Source of the DNA: Eledone cirrhosa
Lineage: Eukaryota
Reading direction: 5' to 3'
DNA: 64,000 bases
Assembly (NCBI GenBank): GCA_964016885.1
Contig: OZ024744.1
Coordinates: forward strand, 59,148,001-59,212,000
Made by a program: the position numbers and the translations under genes. The notes under the pieces are model-generated. The model was given only the letters and a program-made list of their open reading frames with translations. It was not told the DNA's origin and ran no database searches. Positions 11,786-24,000 of the stretch are shown here, piece after piece; the stretch's first letter is position 1; each line of letters begins with the position of its first letter.

Positions 11786-11878
11786 TAAATACATACATAC
11801 ATACATACATACATACATACATACATACATACATACATACATACATACATACATACATACATACATACATACATACAT

Positions 11879-12087
11879 GGTGGCTGCCAACTCGTTTTCG
11901 AGTACGGCCACTACTTTATATCCATGTAGGAGAACCCCTACCTGCGCTGAACGAGTGTGACTTTTAGTCCAGCCAGCGACTTGAAAACTCTGGTACAAAC
12001 ACTACACTTGTGACAATTATTGACACATAGTGCTGGGTCCATGGTACCATGTGACGACAAGTGCAGAGAGATCTCCAGATATAAAGC
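11879..12087 (-). mobile_element. RTE-derived bipartite element, 3' piece
   Basis: Matches 1790-2000; lies between (CATA)n tracts. Confidence 0.8.
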
Positions 12088-12135
12088 ATACATACATACA
12101 TGGATACATATATACACATATACACACATACATTG

Positions 12136-12330
12136 AAATGCTTGAGGTTTGTTTTAAGGTGGGATGCAGTGTACGCGTAACCAGCTCCACCCTTTACACC
12201 TTGGGTTCGTCTGTCGTGGCCAGGCAAGCTGGGACTGTGATAGCGAGGTCCACAGGTTATAGGTTTTACCTTGGAGTGTCCTTTTCCTAGGCAGTTGCCA
12301 ACCTAGGCTAAGGAGTCTGCCTCTCCTGTG
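12136..12330 (-). mobile_element. RTE-type 5' UTR fragment
   Basis: The minus strand reads GGCAACTGCCTAGGAAAAGGACACTCC..AAAACC, a variant of the RTE 5'UTR motif. Confidence 0.45.
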
Positions 12331-12362
12331 ACGCTAAAAAAACAACAGCAAAGAAAAAAAAA

Positions 12363-14998
12363 TACTAGTGTGTGTTTACGTGTTTGTTGTTATTGTACTT
12401 GTGTATATTTTTATTTATTTATTTATATTTCCCTTAGGTCAGTATCGTGTGTTTGGGTATGGTTGTTGTTGTTATTCCATTCGTTTTTTCTGTTTAACTT
12501 TGGTCTTCTAAGCTCTATTTCACTTGCTTCTCTGATTTACCTACCTGTTGAGTCATTTCTATGCTTAGATATTATTTTAATTTCTATGTTGTCTATATTA
12601 CCGTCATGTCTTTGTCTGGCGTGTTCGTATAGTGCTGAACCGTGTTTTTGTCCTTTTAGTTCCTCCCAGTGTTGGTCTCTCTCCCGTTTTGCTGATCAGG
12701 GATTTTATTTTAGTTCCTGGCTTTTCTACCACTTTAATCTTTAGATGAGTCTTTCTTAGGGCCTTTCTATATTGCTTAGCTAATTTCCCTCCAGTTGTAG
12801 CATCCACGAACATGACACTCTGGTATTTCTGGTTGTCATACCATGAAGTGGCTTTCCCTATATTATGATTAGTCCCACCTAAGCTATTCCATTATTTGCT
12901 CCTGTATAATGACCAAACTCCTTTCATGTCCAGTTCTATGAGGGTCTTATATTTCTCCGTGGCTCCTTTGTATACTCTGATTCTGTCTCTTTGGTTGTAA
13001 CCAGAAACTGCATGCGATTGATGAAGTGTTGGATGTGTCTTTCCATTTCAGTTGGGTCACACATGCGGAACACATTCTTCATCACTCTTACCAAGTCTGC
13101 GATCAGAATATTAAACTTAACACTATTGGACATTGCTGAGTTTTTGAGTATCAGGTATTTGGAGGCCATGGGCTTAGCATAATGTCAGTGGAGAATTTGG
13201 ACCCTCTCGTTTATAGTGTTTAACCAGAGTTAATGGCTGCTCCCTCATTCTGGGTGTAAATTTTCTCATTAAATTTAAACATGTGGCCCTTTAGAGTAGT
13301 TTTAATACTAGCCCCTACTGTATGTGCGACCATTTTTCTTACCTGATCGTTGTTTTGGGGTGTCAGTATAGCTTTGGTCCATCAATTCCATTTTCCTACG
13401 GGAATCTTTTTAGCCATTGAGGTTATGGTGAGGGGTCTACCTCTTATAGGTCTACTGGGGCAGAAACAGCTAAAGTCATAATTATCTAATTATTCAGTAT
13501 CATAAGTAAGTCTAAGTAGGAGGCCCAGTTCATCTGTATCAACGTCGCAGAACTCCACTTCTCTCTCACTGATTATTTCCAAACATTTTTCCACGGCAAA
13601 ATCAATGTTAATGGATGGGTACAGGGATACTACATCCATACTGCCTTTTATGCAGTTTAATTTTTTGTTGTTGTTGCATTCATTGATTCTGCTGAGGAGG
13701 TCCTCTGTGCTGTCACATATATCTGGGGACATCTTAATTATGGGGCGTATAATCATAGAGAGGAAGTAGGAGATTCTGTTGTTACTAGCAATATTGGCTC
13801 CGCATACAGGTCTTGTTGGTAGTCCTGTCATAGGGTTCTTAGTTGTCTTATGGTATTTACGGAGTCCATATAAGGGTGGTATGTCATTATTAGACGCTTG
13901 GAAATTATTGGCTGTGTGTCTACTTGGTTTTAGGATGTCGGTCCACATGATCATGTGAGCATTGAGGGATCTTTTCTCTTTCCTCGTGTGTTTGTTGTGT
14001 TGTTTCGCTCATATTGATGATGTGGGTAGCATATCCTTGATGTAGTTCGGCATGCTATCTATTGACATCCTACCAGATTTGTCTGTAGGTAGACACACTA
14101 TCTCTCCATCCCTTGTGCACTGCATGAGGCTAAGTAAGCCTTCCGTAGGTTTTCTTCCAAGTTGTTGAATTTCTGGTCTGTTTTGTCTCCTAGTATATTG
14201 TTCTACTACTTGTCTAAGTTTATTTCTAGCTGTGGTAAACTGTGCCTCTGTTTGGTCATCTATTTGTTGTAGTATACAAACTCTTTTATTAAAAAGTAAT
14301 TTAGTGGGATAAATTTTGTTCATCTTGTATGTTTTGTCAGCTGGGTTGAAGAACAGGTTCTCTAAGGGGTTGTCAACAAATCTACTGTTATAATTGTGTG
14401 TACTATTATTATTGTTATTATAGTTGTTATTGTTGTTATATGTATTGTTGTTGTGTCTATAGTTGTTGTTGTTCTCTCTATTGTTATTGTTGCTGTTGTT
14501 CTCTCTATTGTTATCGTTGTTGTTACTGTTAGTTCTATTATTGTCTTTGTTATATGTATAGTTACGTTTATTGCTGTTATTACTGTAGTTATTGCTGTTG
14601 TTATTTCTATTATTATTATTTCTCTCTCTCCTGCTATTGTTATTGTTATGACTATTATTATTATAGCTGTTATTTCTATAGTCAAAGTTATTGTTTATGT
14701 TACTTTCGTTGTTATTATTATTGTTGTTGTTCGTATTGGTGTTATTTATGTTCGCGTTCCACCGTATTTTAGTGAAGGACTTTTCAATTTCCAGTAAGCA
14801 TTATACTGGGTTTATCTTGTTATATATAGTGAACTTTGGTGGCAGTTGTAGAATATGTTGTTCTTCTTCGCTGGTTGTAGTGTTGTCATATATGTTTAGT
14901 GTCTGGTCTTTGGTAGACTCTGTAGGTAATGTGACATCTGCCATATAAATATTGTCAATCTTGTCAGGGTATTTTTGTAAGTTTTCTTGTCTCTTTTC
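12363..14998 (-). mobile_element. Penelope-like element, internally deleted
   Basis: PLE RT motifs PPLYGLRKYHK, PTRPV and GSMDVVSLYPSI (13490-13954); thumb KPMASKYLILKNSAMS; MFVDATTGGKLAK..KVVEKPG; N/R-rich N-terminus. Neither the RT catalytic motif nor a GIY-YIG domain is seen. Confidence 0.8.
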
Positions 14999-15016
14999 CT
15001 ATGCTCTAAGCATAGG

Positions 15017-15960
15017 GGAGAGACTAGACCAACACTGAGGGAGGGGGACTAAAAGGAAAAAAAACGGTTCAGCACTATACGAACACGCCAGAAAAAGACA
15101 TGACGGTAATATAGACAACATTGTAATTAAAATAATATCTAAACATAGAAATGACTCAACAGGTAGGCAAATCAGAGAAGCAAGTGAAATAGAGCCAAGA
15201 AAACCAAAGTTGAACAGAAAAAACGAATGGAATAACAACAACAACCATACCCAAACAAACAATACTGATTTAAGAGAAATATAAATAAATAAATAAATAT
15301 ATACACAAGTACAATAACAACAAACACACACTAGTGAACAAAGATAGAATACAAAAACACATAGACTCAAACACGAACACACACACCAAAAAGAAAACAC
15401 ACGCAAACGCATGCGTAAACAGAGACAGATAAATAAATTAGATAAAAATGACGTAGGCATTACAATAGAACGGGAAGAAACAATAGTACATGCATAGACG
15501 GCTGTCCCCCTTGCTTCTGTTGGACACCACCAGAGGGCGTTAGTCCCCCTCCCCCTCCCCCGGTGTTTGCATAGCTACGGCTTCCTAAAACCGTATTTGT
15601 TTGGAGATACGAAATTTCTATACATATTGTATAAAGCTATGCTTGAAGCGAAATCTGATTTCTTTTCTAATATAAGTTCAGCCAACTTATGCAGCTTCAT
15701 ATGCAAATGAGATTAATCACCTTATTTACACAGACCAGAAAACTATATATTCTCAACTGTTTTCAAGTCCAGCAGTATCAAGCGGTGGGAGGGACCGTCC
15801 TGACGAAGGACAGTCAAGCCTGAGATATGGTTGTCGCCCTTGCTTCTGCTGGACACTACCAGAGAGCGTTACCCCCCCCCCCCCCCCCCCCCGCCTGTGT
15901 TTGCATAGCTACGGCTTCCTAAAACCGTATTTCTTTAGAAATACGAAATTTCTATACATA
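15017..15960 (+). mobile_element. Inverted copy of the PLE 3' region / pseudo-LTR
   Basis: 15017-15336 is the reverse complement of 12363-12685. It continues into a partial direct repeat (15497-15626 / 15826-15960) with a hammerhead-like core at 15800-15825. Confidence 0.7.
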
Positions 15961-15973
15961 ATATATATATATA

Positions 15974-16146
15974 TAGAAGTGGTTACACAACAGTTAGTTC
16001 ACCATACCGAGAACAATTGTTTCACCTTAGCGGATCATCAACTCGTAATGGACATGGTGAACTAACTGTTGTGTAACCACTTCTACCTAACTCGTCCCAT
16101 GGACTGAGTGCTCTACCACTACGGATATTACCTTCCAATGTTCTAC

Positions 16147-16150
<4 letters not shown>
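15974..16150. mobile_element. (TA)n-flanked mini fold-back element with a minimal hammerhead-like motif between the arms
   Basis: 32-bp inverted arms at 15974-16005 and 16054-16085. On the minus strand the loop reads CGAG-TTGATGA-TCCGCTAAGGT-GAAAC-AATT-GTT-CTCG. Confidence 0.6.
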
Positions 16151-16188
<38 letters not shown>

Positions 16189-16555
16189 GTAGGAGGTGAG
16201 TTTTATTGTAGTACAATAAAGCAATGCATATATCGGATAAGAAGCACTCTACAGTTTGTAGGACTGGAGTATACATAATATATAAGATCAAAAGATGGTT
16301 AAAAGAGTTCCATGTATTTTATTATGCGCATTTCAAAGACAAATATCATCATACAATAACATTTGTGTTTTCATCAGATAAAATAGGAAGACATGATATG
16401 AAGGTTAAAAAACACTTGTGAATAGTGCAGTTTTAAATCAACATATCATGTTGATTTAAATCAACAAATGTTATTGCATGATGATATTTGTTTTTGAAAT
16501 GCGCATAATAAAATACATGGAACTCTTTTAACCATCTTTTGATCTTATATATTAT
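16189..16555 (-). mobile_element. Family A fold-back element (most complete copy), flanked by (TA)n
   Basis: Long arm 16189-16445, palindromic hinge, and an inverted short arm at ~16466-16555 complementary to ~16276-16365. Confidence 0.8.
16315..16385 (-). ncRNA. Type I hammerhead ribozyme motif with intact core
   Basis: Minus strand: TATTTTAT-CTGATGA-[stem II]-GAAA-TGCGCA-TA-ATAAAATA; 8-bp stem I. Confidence 0.8.
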
Positions 16556-16587
16556 ATATTTATATATATGTATATCAGTTGTCTCCT

Positions 16588-16620
<33 letters not shown>

Positions 16621-16816
16621 CAGTGAAATTCTGTTATAACGAAATTCAGAAATTCACGGGGTAATAAAAATAATTTGTTGTAACGAAAAATTCTATATAA
16701 CGGGATCGACCGAAACAAATTGAGCGTTTGTTTGATATTACCTCGGGGCTTAAAAAAAAATTCGTTATACTGAAAAATTCATTATGATGGTATTCGTTAT
16801 AACGGAATTTTACCTG
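16621..16816. mobile_element. Tc1/pogo (Tigger-like) MITE
   Basis: TIRs CAGTGAAATTCTGTTATAACGAA and TTCGTTATAACGGAATTTTACCTG, with TA on both sides. Confidence 0.8.
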
Positions 16817-16818
16817 TA

Positions 16819-17367
16819 TCTCTCTATATATAAACTTCTTTGTCTCTCTGTCTCTCTGTTCCTATACATTCTCTAACGGCTGAACCAAATCAAATCAAAT
16901 TTTACCCCGGGAGTATCAACATGTAATTTTTATTTTCATTTGGATTAAAACAATATAAGATTTTATCTAAAATAATATTTTTATAGTCATCTATAGTAAA
17001 CCACCAGGACGACGACGACGACTCACATTTTGTATATGAGTGTCTATGTGTTTGTGAGTGTGTGTGTGTTTGTACGTTCGTTATGTATGTTAGGCCTCAG
17101 AGAAACACACACATATCTACACATACACACACATAATGTGTGTGAGTGTATGCGAGAGTTAGACGTCACATTTTGTATGTGTATTTGTCTGTCTTAGTAT
17201 CTGTATGTGAATGTATGTTAGAGTGTATGTGTGTGTGAGTGTATGTGAGAGTGTATGTATGTGTGAGTGTATGTGTGTTGACTGACATAGCGATATTTTC
17301 TTCAGTCAACTATAGTAAACCACCACCACTACGTCACATTTTTATATGAGTGTGCACACAGACAATT

Positions 17368-17414
<47 letters not shown>

Positions 17415-17951
17415 GATACATATGTGATGACAGACAGGTGTGCGTGAATGTATGTCTATGTGTGTCTGTCTTAGTGTATATGTGAATGTATGTGAGAGCG
17501 TATGTGTGTGTGAGCGTATGTGTGTGTGAGTGTATGTGAGAGTGTATGTGTGTGTGAGTGTATGAGAGTGTATGTCTGTGTGTGTGTGTGTGTGTGTGAA
17601 TGTATGTGTGATAATTTTAATTTTCATTTGGAGTAAAACAATAGGGCGGCATATTTTGTATATGAATATGTATGTGAGTGTGTGTTTGTGCGTTCATTAG
17701 GTACGTTATTAAATACACACACACATCTACACATACATGAATTATACAATGAATATTGTTTACCATAAAGTGCTTCAAGATTGACAGATTTTCATTTCTA
17801 AATCCTATTATCATTACAGCTTTGATATTTTTTTTTATAAAATATAGATATTTTGAAATAATTATGAGAAAAAAAACATATCTTCATGTTTATTGTTTAC
17901 TAATCTGAATAAGAGCAGCAGTAACACGGGCAACGCCAGGTCATTCAGCTA

Positions 17952-17952
<1 letters not shown>
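16819..17952 (+). mobile_element. Non-autonomous Helitron-like element
   Basis: Starts A|TCTCTCTATATATAAA, followed by AACGGCTGAACC. The 3' end has a GC-rich hairpin-like CGGGCAACGCCAGG, then CTAG|T. Contains internal duplications and GT-rich repeats. Confidence 0.6.
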
Positions 17953-18013
<61 letters not shown>

Positions 18014-18055
18014 GTATACTTATCCACACACAACATATAAATCTGTACACACTAC

Positions 18056-18250
18056 TGGAAGGTCGTTGACACTCCTGGGTTCCTCTGCCCTTTGAGGGGT
18101 CTTGTTTCTTTTATCCCACAGGGGCTTCAAAAATCCTCCTCCTCACCAAACAAGGTTGGTGGGATTGCCAGTTTAGTCATTTACAACCCGACCATGTGAC
18201 AGGTTGTATTGAGTTAAACGTTACTGGTACCACTCGTGAGCCACCTGACA
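18056..18250 (-). mobile_element. Divergent 5' end of the RTE-derived element or its parent LINE
   Basis: Homologous to 3870-4044; abuts (CATA)n. Confidence 0.65.
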
Positions 18251-18529
18251 TACATACATACATAAATACATACATACAGATACACACATACAACACATAC
18301 TCACATACACACACGCGCACGCACACATGCACACACAGACACACGCGCGCGCGCGCGCAAATATGGGCATTTCACAGATACATGTTCTCTCAACATAATT
18401 CTCAGGTAAAGTCATAGTAGAGTGGTTAGGAGAGAGGGTAGAACGATAATGATGATGGGTCTCCTCCTCCTCCTTCTTCCCTCCTCCTCTCCCTTCTTCT
18501 TCTTCTTCTTCTTCTTCTTCTTCTTCGCC

Positions 18530-19140
18530 CAGTTATTTCTGAGAGAGTCGTGGCGGCAGAGTTCTCCAACACCTTTTTATACAACTGACATCTTTCATAC
18601 ACATCACATGTCCATACCAAGTCAGTCTGCTCACTTGCACACTGCATGTGATTCCTTTTATATTCATCTTCTTTTTTCAACCCAGTTGCAATCTTTCTTT
18701 CATGTATATCAATCTTACACATCTAGCAAAGCATAAGCGCTACATTTACTAACACCCTTCAAATATCCCTGCATTCAAGACCCATGTCCCATTACCATGC
18801 ATCATAAATCTGTCTTTTAGTTTGAGAGAATATACACTTTGTTACCGGTGGAGGTACTGTTTCGTGAACTTTGTTGCCCCATCTTACTTTGTTTTTTATT
18901 CTAGCAGAACACCCACTTACAGTGTTAATTAGATCAGCTATTTCATGTATACTCTAACTGCTGGCTACTCTTGTGTATTTGTCTACGTTTTCTGTCAGCC
19001 GGTTCGTGATCGCACTACACCTTATTCATCCATACCTTACACTGCATACACTGTATGAAATTTATATGTACGCTTTATCTTCATATTGAACAAGGCCATT
19101 TTCTTGAGAGCGTCAAGGTTCATTATGCTTTTCTACCTAC
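18530..19140 (-). mobile_element. Decayed RTE LINE 3' fragment(s)
   Basis: GITCSVQVSRLTWYGHVMCM at ~18600-18660, similar to 45440-45829. Confidence 0.5.
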
Positions 19141-19289
19141 TCTTAATTCTAGCTCTGAATTCAAGCTCTGAATTCTAGCTCTGAATTCAAGCTTTTCATC
19201 CTTAATGGGTCGATAAAATAAAGTACCAGCATACAGCTCAACACTATTTGGTAGGCAAAGAAGTTTGGGATCTTATCCATATATTTTAG

Positions 19290-20106
19290 TTTTATGTCCA
19301 CTTCTAGACTTATCCTAGACCAGTTCTCCTACCATTTTCTGCTTTCTTCAAGGAAGGTGTTACTCTTCTCCAGGACAATGCAGGCAAAAGATCTACAAGA
19401 TATCCAACTCCAGTGGGATACCCGAAATCCTGACCTTTATCGTTGTTCTCCATAATTAGGAAGGGAAAAGAACATAACAATCGCTGCGATAGATCACAGA
19501 ATACTTAATGGTGAAGTCTTCACTTTCGAAAAACGCTTTTGGCACCCAAACTGCCTTGCTTTTACAACAAATTGAATGTTATACCATCTTTCTTTTAAGA
19601 CCATCACGATTTAGGTCTGTGGTATCACTTCCCGTCATCTTGTTTTTGTTGTGATGCATTGATACACTAGCGTGATTTTGGCAATTGCTGCTAGAACTTC
19701 AGATGGGATGGTTAATTGGGTCCATCTTTTCCATTTTGATTAATTTGGTCACTTGTGCCAAATATGTGTCTTTATTTAGCAAAGACATTTTAAGCAGTTC
19801 TGCTGCTTTTGTAGCAGTTAATGTGAAAGTGTTGCTGTTATTATTGTTGTTGTTATTGATATTGTTGCCAATGTTTTTATGTTTGTAATTGTAGCGGTGG
19901 CAGTGGCAATAAATAGTAGTGTTAGTTGACTGTCATGCTGGAAAAGAATTGTCATATATTTCTCTGACTTCATGTGTTTTGTAGATGTTGTTGTTGTCTT
20001 CTGCCATGTTGGCAGTAGCGTAATCTTCAGTTCAACTTTGGCTATTTCATTCAGTTAACTGTTCTTTTCTACGGATAATGTAGAAAGTTCCTTCTCCACC
20101 ATGTTT

Positions 20107-20137
<31 letters not shown>

Positions 20138-20335
20138 GGTAAAAAAAGCATGAAGGTATATTTGAAATTAAAACGACAATTTTGTCATTAAGGGTTTAAG
20201 ATTGAGAAAAACTGACTAGTTCTGTAGAATCCCAGTTGATTTAGCCAAGAAACAAGTTAAAACTTACAACAAATAATTGTTTCAAAATACGTCAACAACT
20301 AACAACTTACAGAGAATCATGAGATGTACTGTTCA
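19290..20335 (-). mobile_element. Decayed 5' portion (ORF1) of an older Tx1-like LINE
   Basis: SDCYVLFPS*LWRTTIKVRISGIPLELDIL* (~19385-19485) aligns by eye with SEEIFLVPSYCGQKIVRVKVTQVPPDVPIPW of ORF1 at 25325-25870. It has a similar upstream T/N-rich tract. Confidence 0.5.
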
Positions 20336-20339
20336 AAAA

Positions 20340-20600
20340 CAAATAATACAACAACGAACACGACGACGACGACGATGACGACAATGACGACGATGACGAC
20401 GACGATGACGTTGACGATGACGACAATGACGATGACGACGACGACGACGACGACGACGACAATGACGACGATGACGATGACGACGATGATGACAATGACG
20501 ATGACGACGACGACGAGGACGAAGACGACGATTACGACGATGACCAACACCACCACCTCCACTCCATCACCACCACGATGACGACGACGACGATGGTGAC
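20340..20600. repeat. (GAC/GAT)n microsatellite
   Basis: Direct repeats. Confidence 0.95.
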
Positions 20601-20602
20601 GG

Positions 20603-20775
20603 TGGAAAGTCGATTAAATCGACCCCAGTACATTACTGGTACTTTATTTGATCGATCCCATAAGAATGAAAGGCAAAGTTAACCTCGGCGGGATTTAAAC
20701 TCAGAACGTAAAGGGGCTTAACCCTATGCCGTGAAGCATGGTGTCCAACACTCTACCGATACTGCCAACCCACCT
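20603..20775 (-). mobile_element. tRNA-derived SINE with a Meta/MESC-like core
   Basis: Minus strand shows A-box-like TGGCAGTATCGG, B-box-like GAGTTTAAATCC and core GCCTTTCATT..GGATCGATCAAATAAAGTACC. Many copies occur in the window. Confidence 0.75.
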
Positions 20776-21059
20776 CCCAACAACAATAATAATAATGATT
20801 TCTTTATTGGCCACAAGGGCTGACATTAAGAAAATCATTACAGACGGCACAGGACGGTACAGGACGGTACGATGTGGGTTTTGTGCGTGTAAAGATTTTT
20901 ATTATTTATATAAGAAAAGAAAAAAAGGACATAGAAACATATATATATATATAAACAATAAAAAGGAAAATTGAAACAATTAAAAATTCCCCAATAGGAG
21001 GGAAACCTCCGAGGGTTACTCGTGGCGAAAACCACACAAAAGACCACGGCCACCCTGAC

Positions 21060-24000
21060 CACCAGGGCAAGCGCCCTCTCTCAATTTTTCCATTTCTCAA
21101 ACTACAGGTGTATATTCAGAGCGGTCCCGTTCACTCGGACCATTCTCGCTACATTCACCCACCTTTCAACAAACTTGCTAGAAGGCAGTACTTGCCTCTC
21201 CACCCTGATTTTCCTCTTCAAGTGAAACTTGATAAAGTTAATTAGGGATTCGCCGAAGAGGAAAGTATCTGTCTTTAACCCTTTCAACCTTGTCCACCAC
21301 ACAATCATTTTGCCATGGCCACCAGGCAGATGAAAACCGCCTGCCCTTCCTCCTCGAAGGAAGACGGCGAGACCATCTGCACAATGGACTCAGTCAATAA
21401 CCGGATCAGTCCTACACGCGACAGCAACTGTTCGACAGCTCCACAAGTCAGCAATGCTCGGACACTTAACGAGTGCGTGCACGACGGTCTCGTCGCTCTG
21501 CGCGCATCTCGAACAGGCTCGGCTGACGGCACTTCCGTGCCTGTAGAGCTTATCTCGAACCGGCAACGCTCCCCGGTAGCACTGCCAGGCCAGGGATTTT
21601 TGGAAGTTATCCATAGGCCCTGGGCTGAAAGTTCTCCGGAAGAGAGCAAACAGCTGATCTGCTTCGACGCCCAGGATCTCTCCGAGAACGTCGTCGCTCT
21701 TCCCCTCCACTAGTCCTCTATAGAACGCCGAGGTGGATGTTCCACCGATACTGGTGCCCAGCTGGCAGAGGGCAGTGAGCGCCTGGAGACATTCTAGTTT
21801 CCAAGCGCTATCTTTTCCTGACCCAGGACTGCAGTTCGGGCAAGGAGACGAGCTGTGGGAAAACGTGCCTGGCGAATGGCGACCACACCTGTTCACCGTC
21901 AAGGAAGCACCAGAGATGTCACAGCCTCAGCGCATGTTTGCGCATCATCAGCCATGGCATGCCCAGTCCTCCGCGCAACGGGTGTTGACAGCAGATGGAT
22001 CGTCTGACCATGGGAGCGCGTCCCTTCCACAAAAAGCGGAAGAGGAGGCGCTCCATTTTGGTGAGAGTTGGGCCGGGGCAAGGGACGACGGTGAGGCGGT
22101 AGCAGATGATAGATGCGATGTACGCATTCGCCACTTCCGCCCGGCCTTTCAGGGACAGCTTCCTCTCGGCCCATTTCTGGGTGAGGGAGGCCACCCTGCT
22201 CGTCACCTCGCTCCAGTTTTTCTCCATCTGGAGGTCCGGTCCGAACCAGACCCCGAGAAATTTAACCGGTCTGTCCGTCCAACGCCCCACCATGCTGTCG
22301 GACAGCATGGACTTGCCTCTCCAGGTGCCGAGCTGCAAGCCCACCGACTTTTCCTGGTTTATCTTTGCTCCTGTCACCGCTTCGTATTCCTTGAGAGCGG
22401 TACCAAGCATCTGGACGTGTCTGGTGCTCGACACCACCACGGTGACGTCGTCGGCGTAAGCCGATTCGGATTTCCCGCATCCTAGTTCGCGTGGGACTCC
22501 CCTCATCGCCCCCAGTTTGTGCTGTAACGGCTCGAGAGCCAATACGTACAAGAGGGACGAGAGGGGACAACCCTGGCGGACCGAGCGCATGATGCTGAAC
22601 TGCTGCGACAGGGGACCGTTCACCCTCACAATTGAGCAGATGTTGCCGTACATCGCAGCGATCCAACTCCTGAAAATGGGCCCGAAACCGGCTGCCTCGA
22701 GGACCGCTGCCAGGTACCGATGGTCGATCCTATCGAATGCTTTGGATTGATCCAAGTTGATCAGGGCCCCACCCGTGCCAGGTTCCTTAACCACCCTCTC
22801 TATGATGTATCGAATGAGGTGGAGGTTGTCGTGTATGGATCTGTCCGGAATGGCGCATGTCTGCGCCTCTCCCACCAGACCCTTGACGACAAGCCCCAAC
22901 CTCGTTGCTAACACCTTGGCCCAAATCTTGAACTCTGCGTTTAGAAGGGTTATGGGCCTTAAGTTATCAATAACATCCTCCTTGTTCGAGTTTTTTCTCA
23001 GCAGCGCCACCGCTCCCCGGCTCACAAAATTGGGATTGCTCCCGCTCTGCTGCCAGTTGCAGTAGACGTCTGCCAAGAGGTCACCGAACAAGTGTGGCAT
23101 AAATGCATAAGGCTCGTAGGGCAGACCATCCAAACCTGGCGATTTACCCCTTGTGCAGTCAGCCATCGCTTCCCGTATTTCACCGGCTGTTATTGGCTTT
23201 TCGCAACACTGTTCTGCGGTCGTCGAGAGCCAAGGCAGTCCGTCGAGGTATACACTGAAGACCATACCCCGATCCGGGCTGCCGCTGCTCCCGAACAGTT
23301 CAGCAAAGTGCTGCTGAAAAGCTTCACACATCTGCTCGGGTTCGAGCAACACGCGCCCGTTTTTATCAGATAAAGAGCGAATTGTGGCTTTGTTGCCACG
23401 TCGCGCCTCTGCCACCCGGGCCCATTGGACGGCTTTTGTCACATCGTGTTTCAGAGCACACGCTATAGCTCTGACAACGTAGCCTTCGTGTTTTGCGTTG
23501 AAGAATTGGTCGAGTGCCAATCTCGCCGCAAGCACGTCGGTTGCTAAGCCTGTCCTAAACGCCTCTTCTAGCTTTCTGACTAGCTCTCCCTTTACTCTAT
23601 TTTCCTCTATCACTAGTCCTTTGCTAAACCTAATCAACTCTACTTTAATTGCCTTTTCAGGGCGAACCCCCACCTGTTGTTGACGATCGCTCCCGTCAAC
23701 ACCCGCTTAACTAGTACGCTAATGCGGTCTCTGTAGGCTTTGCGCGCCGGGAAAGACGCGTTCAGCTTCCAATAACCGGGTCCTTGACTATGAAGTCTGT
23801 CTATGTCGATCTCACAGATCACAAATTTGCGTTCTGTGTAGTCGACTATTTTAAATTGTGGACAACTTATACTAGCCTTATCTAGTTCTCTGCAGAATAC
23901 CCTATCGAGATACAATCTGGATGACCCGATGCGGTTTGTCCAAGTCCACATTGGCACATTCGGGTGATCCAGTCGATACCTGTCAGACAGTTCAAAACGT

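Noticed and set aside
14362-14948. Hydrophobic I/V-rich membrane-protein-like ORFs (also 25967-26542)
   Set aside because: Antisense or off-frame readings of AAC/AAT-rich low-complexity N-termini of the PLE and Tx1 ORFs.
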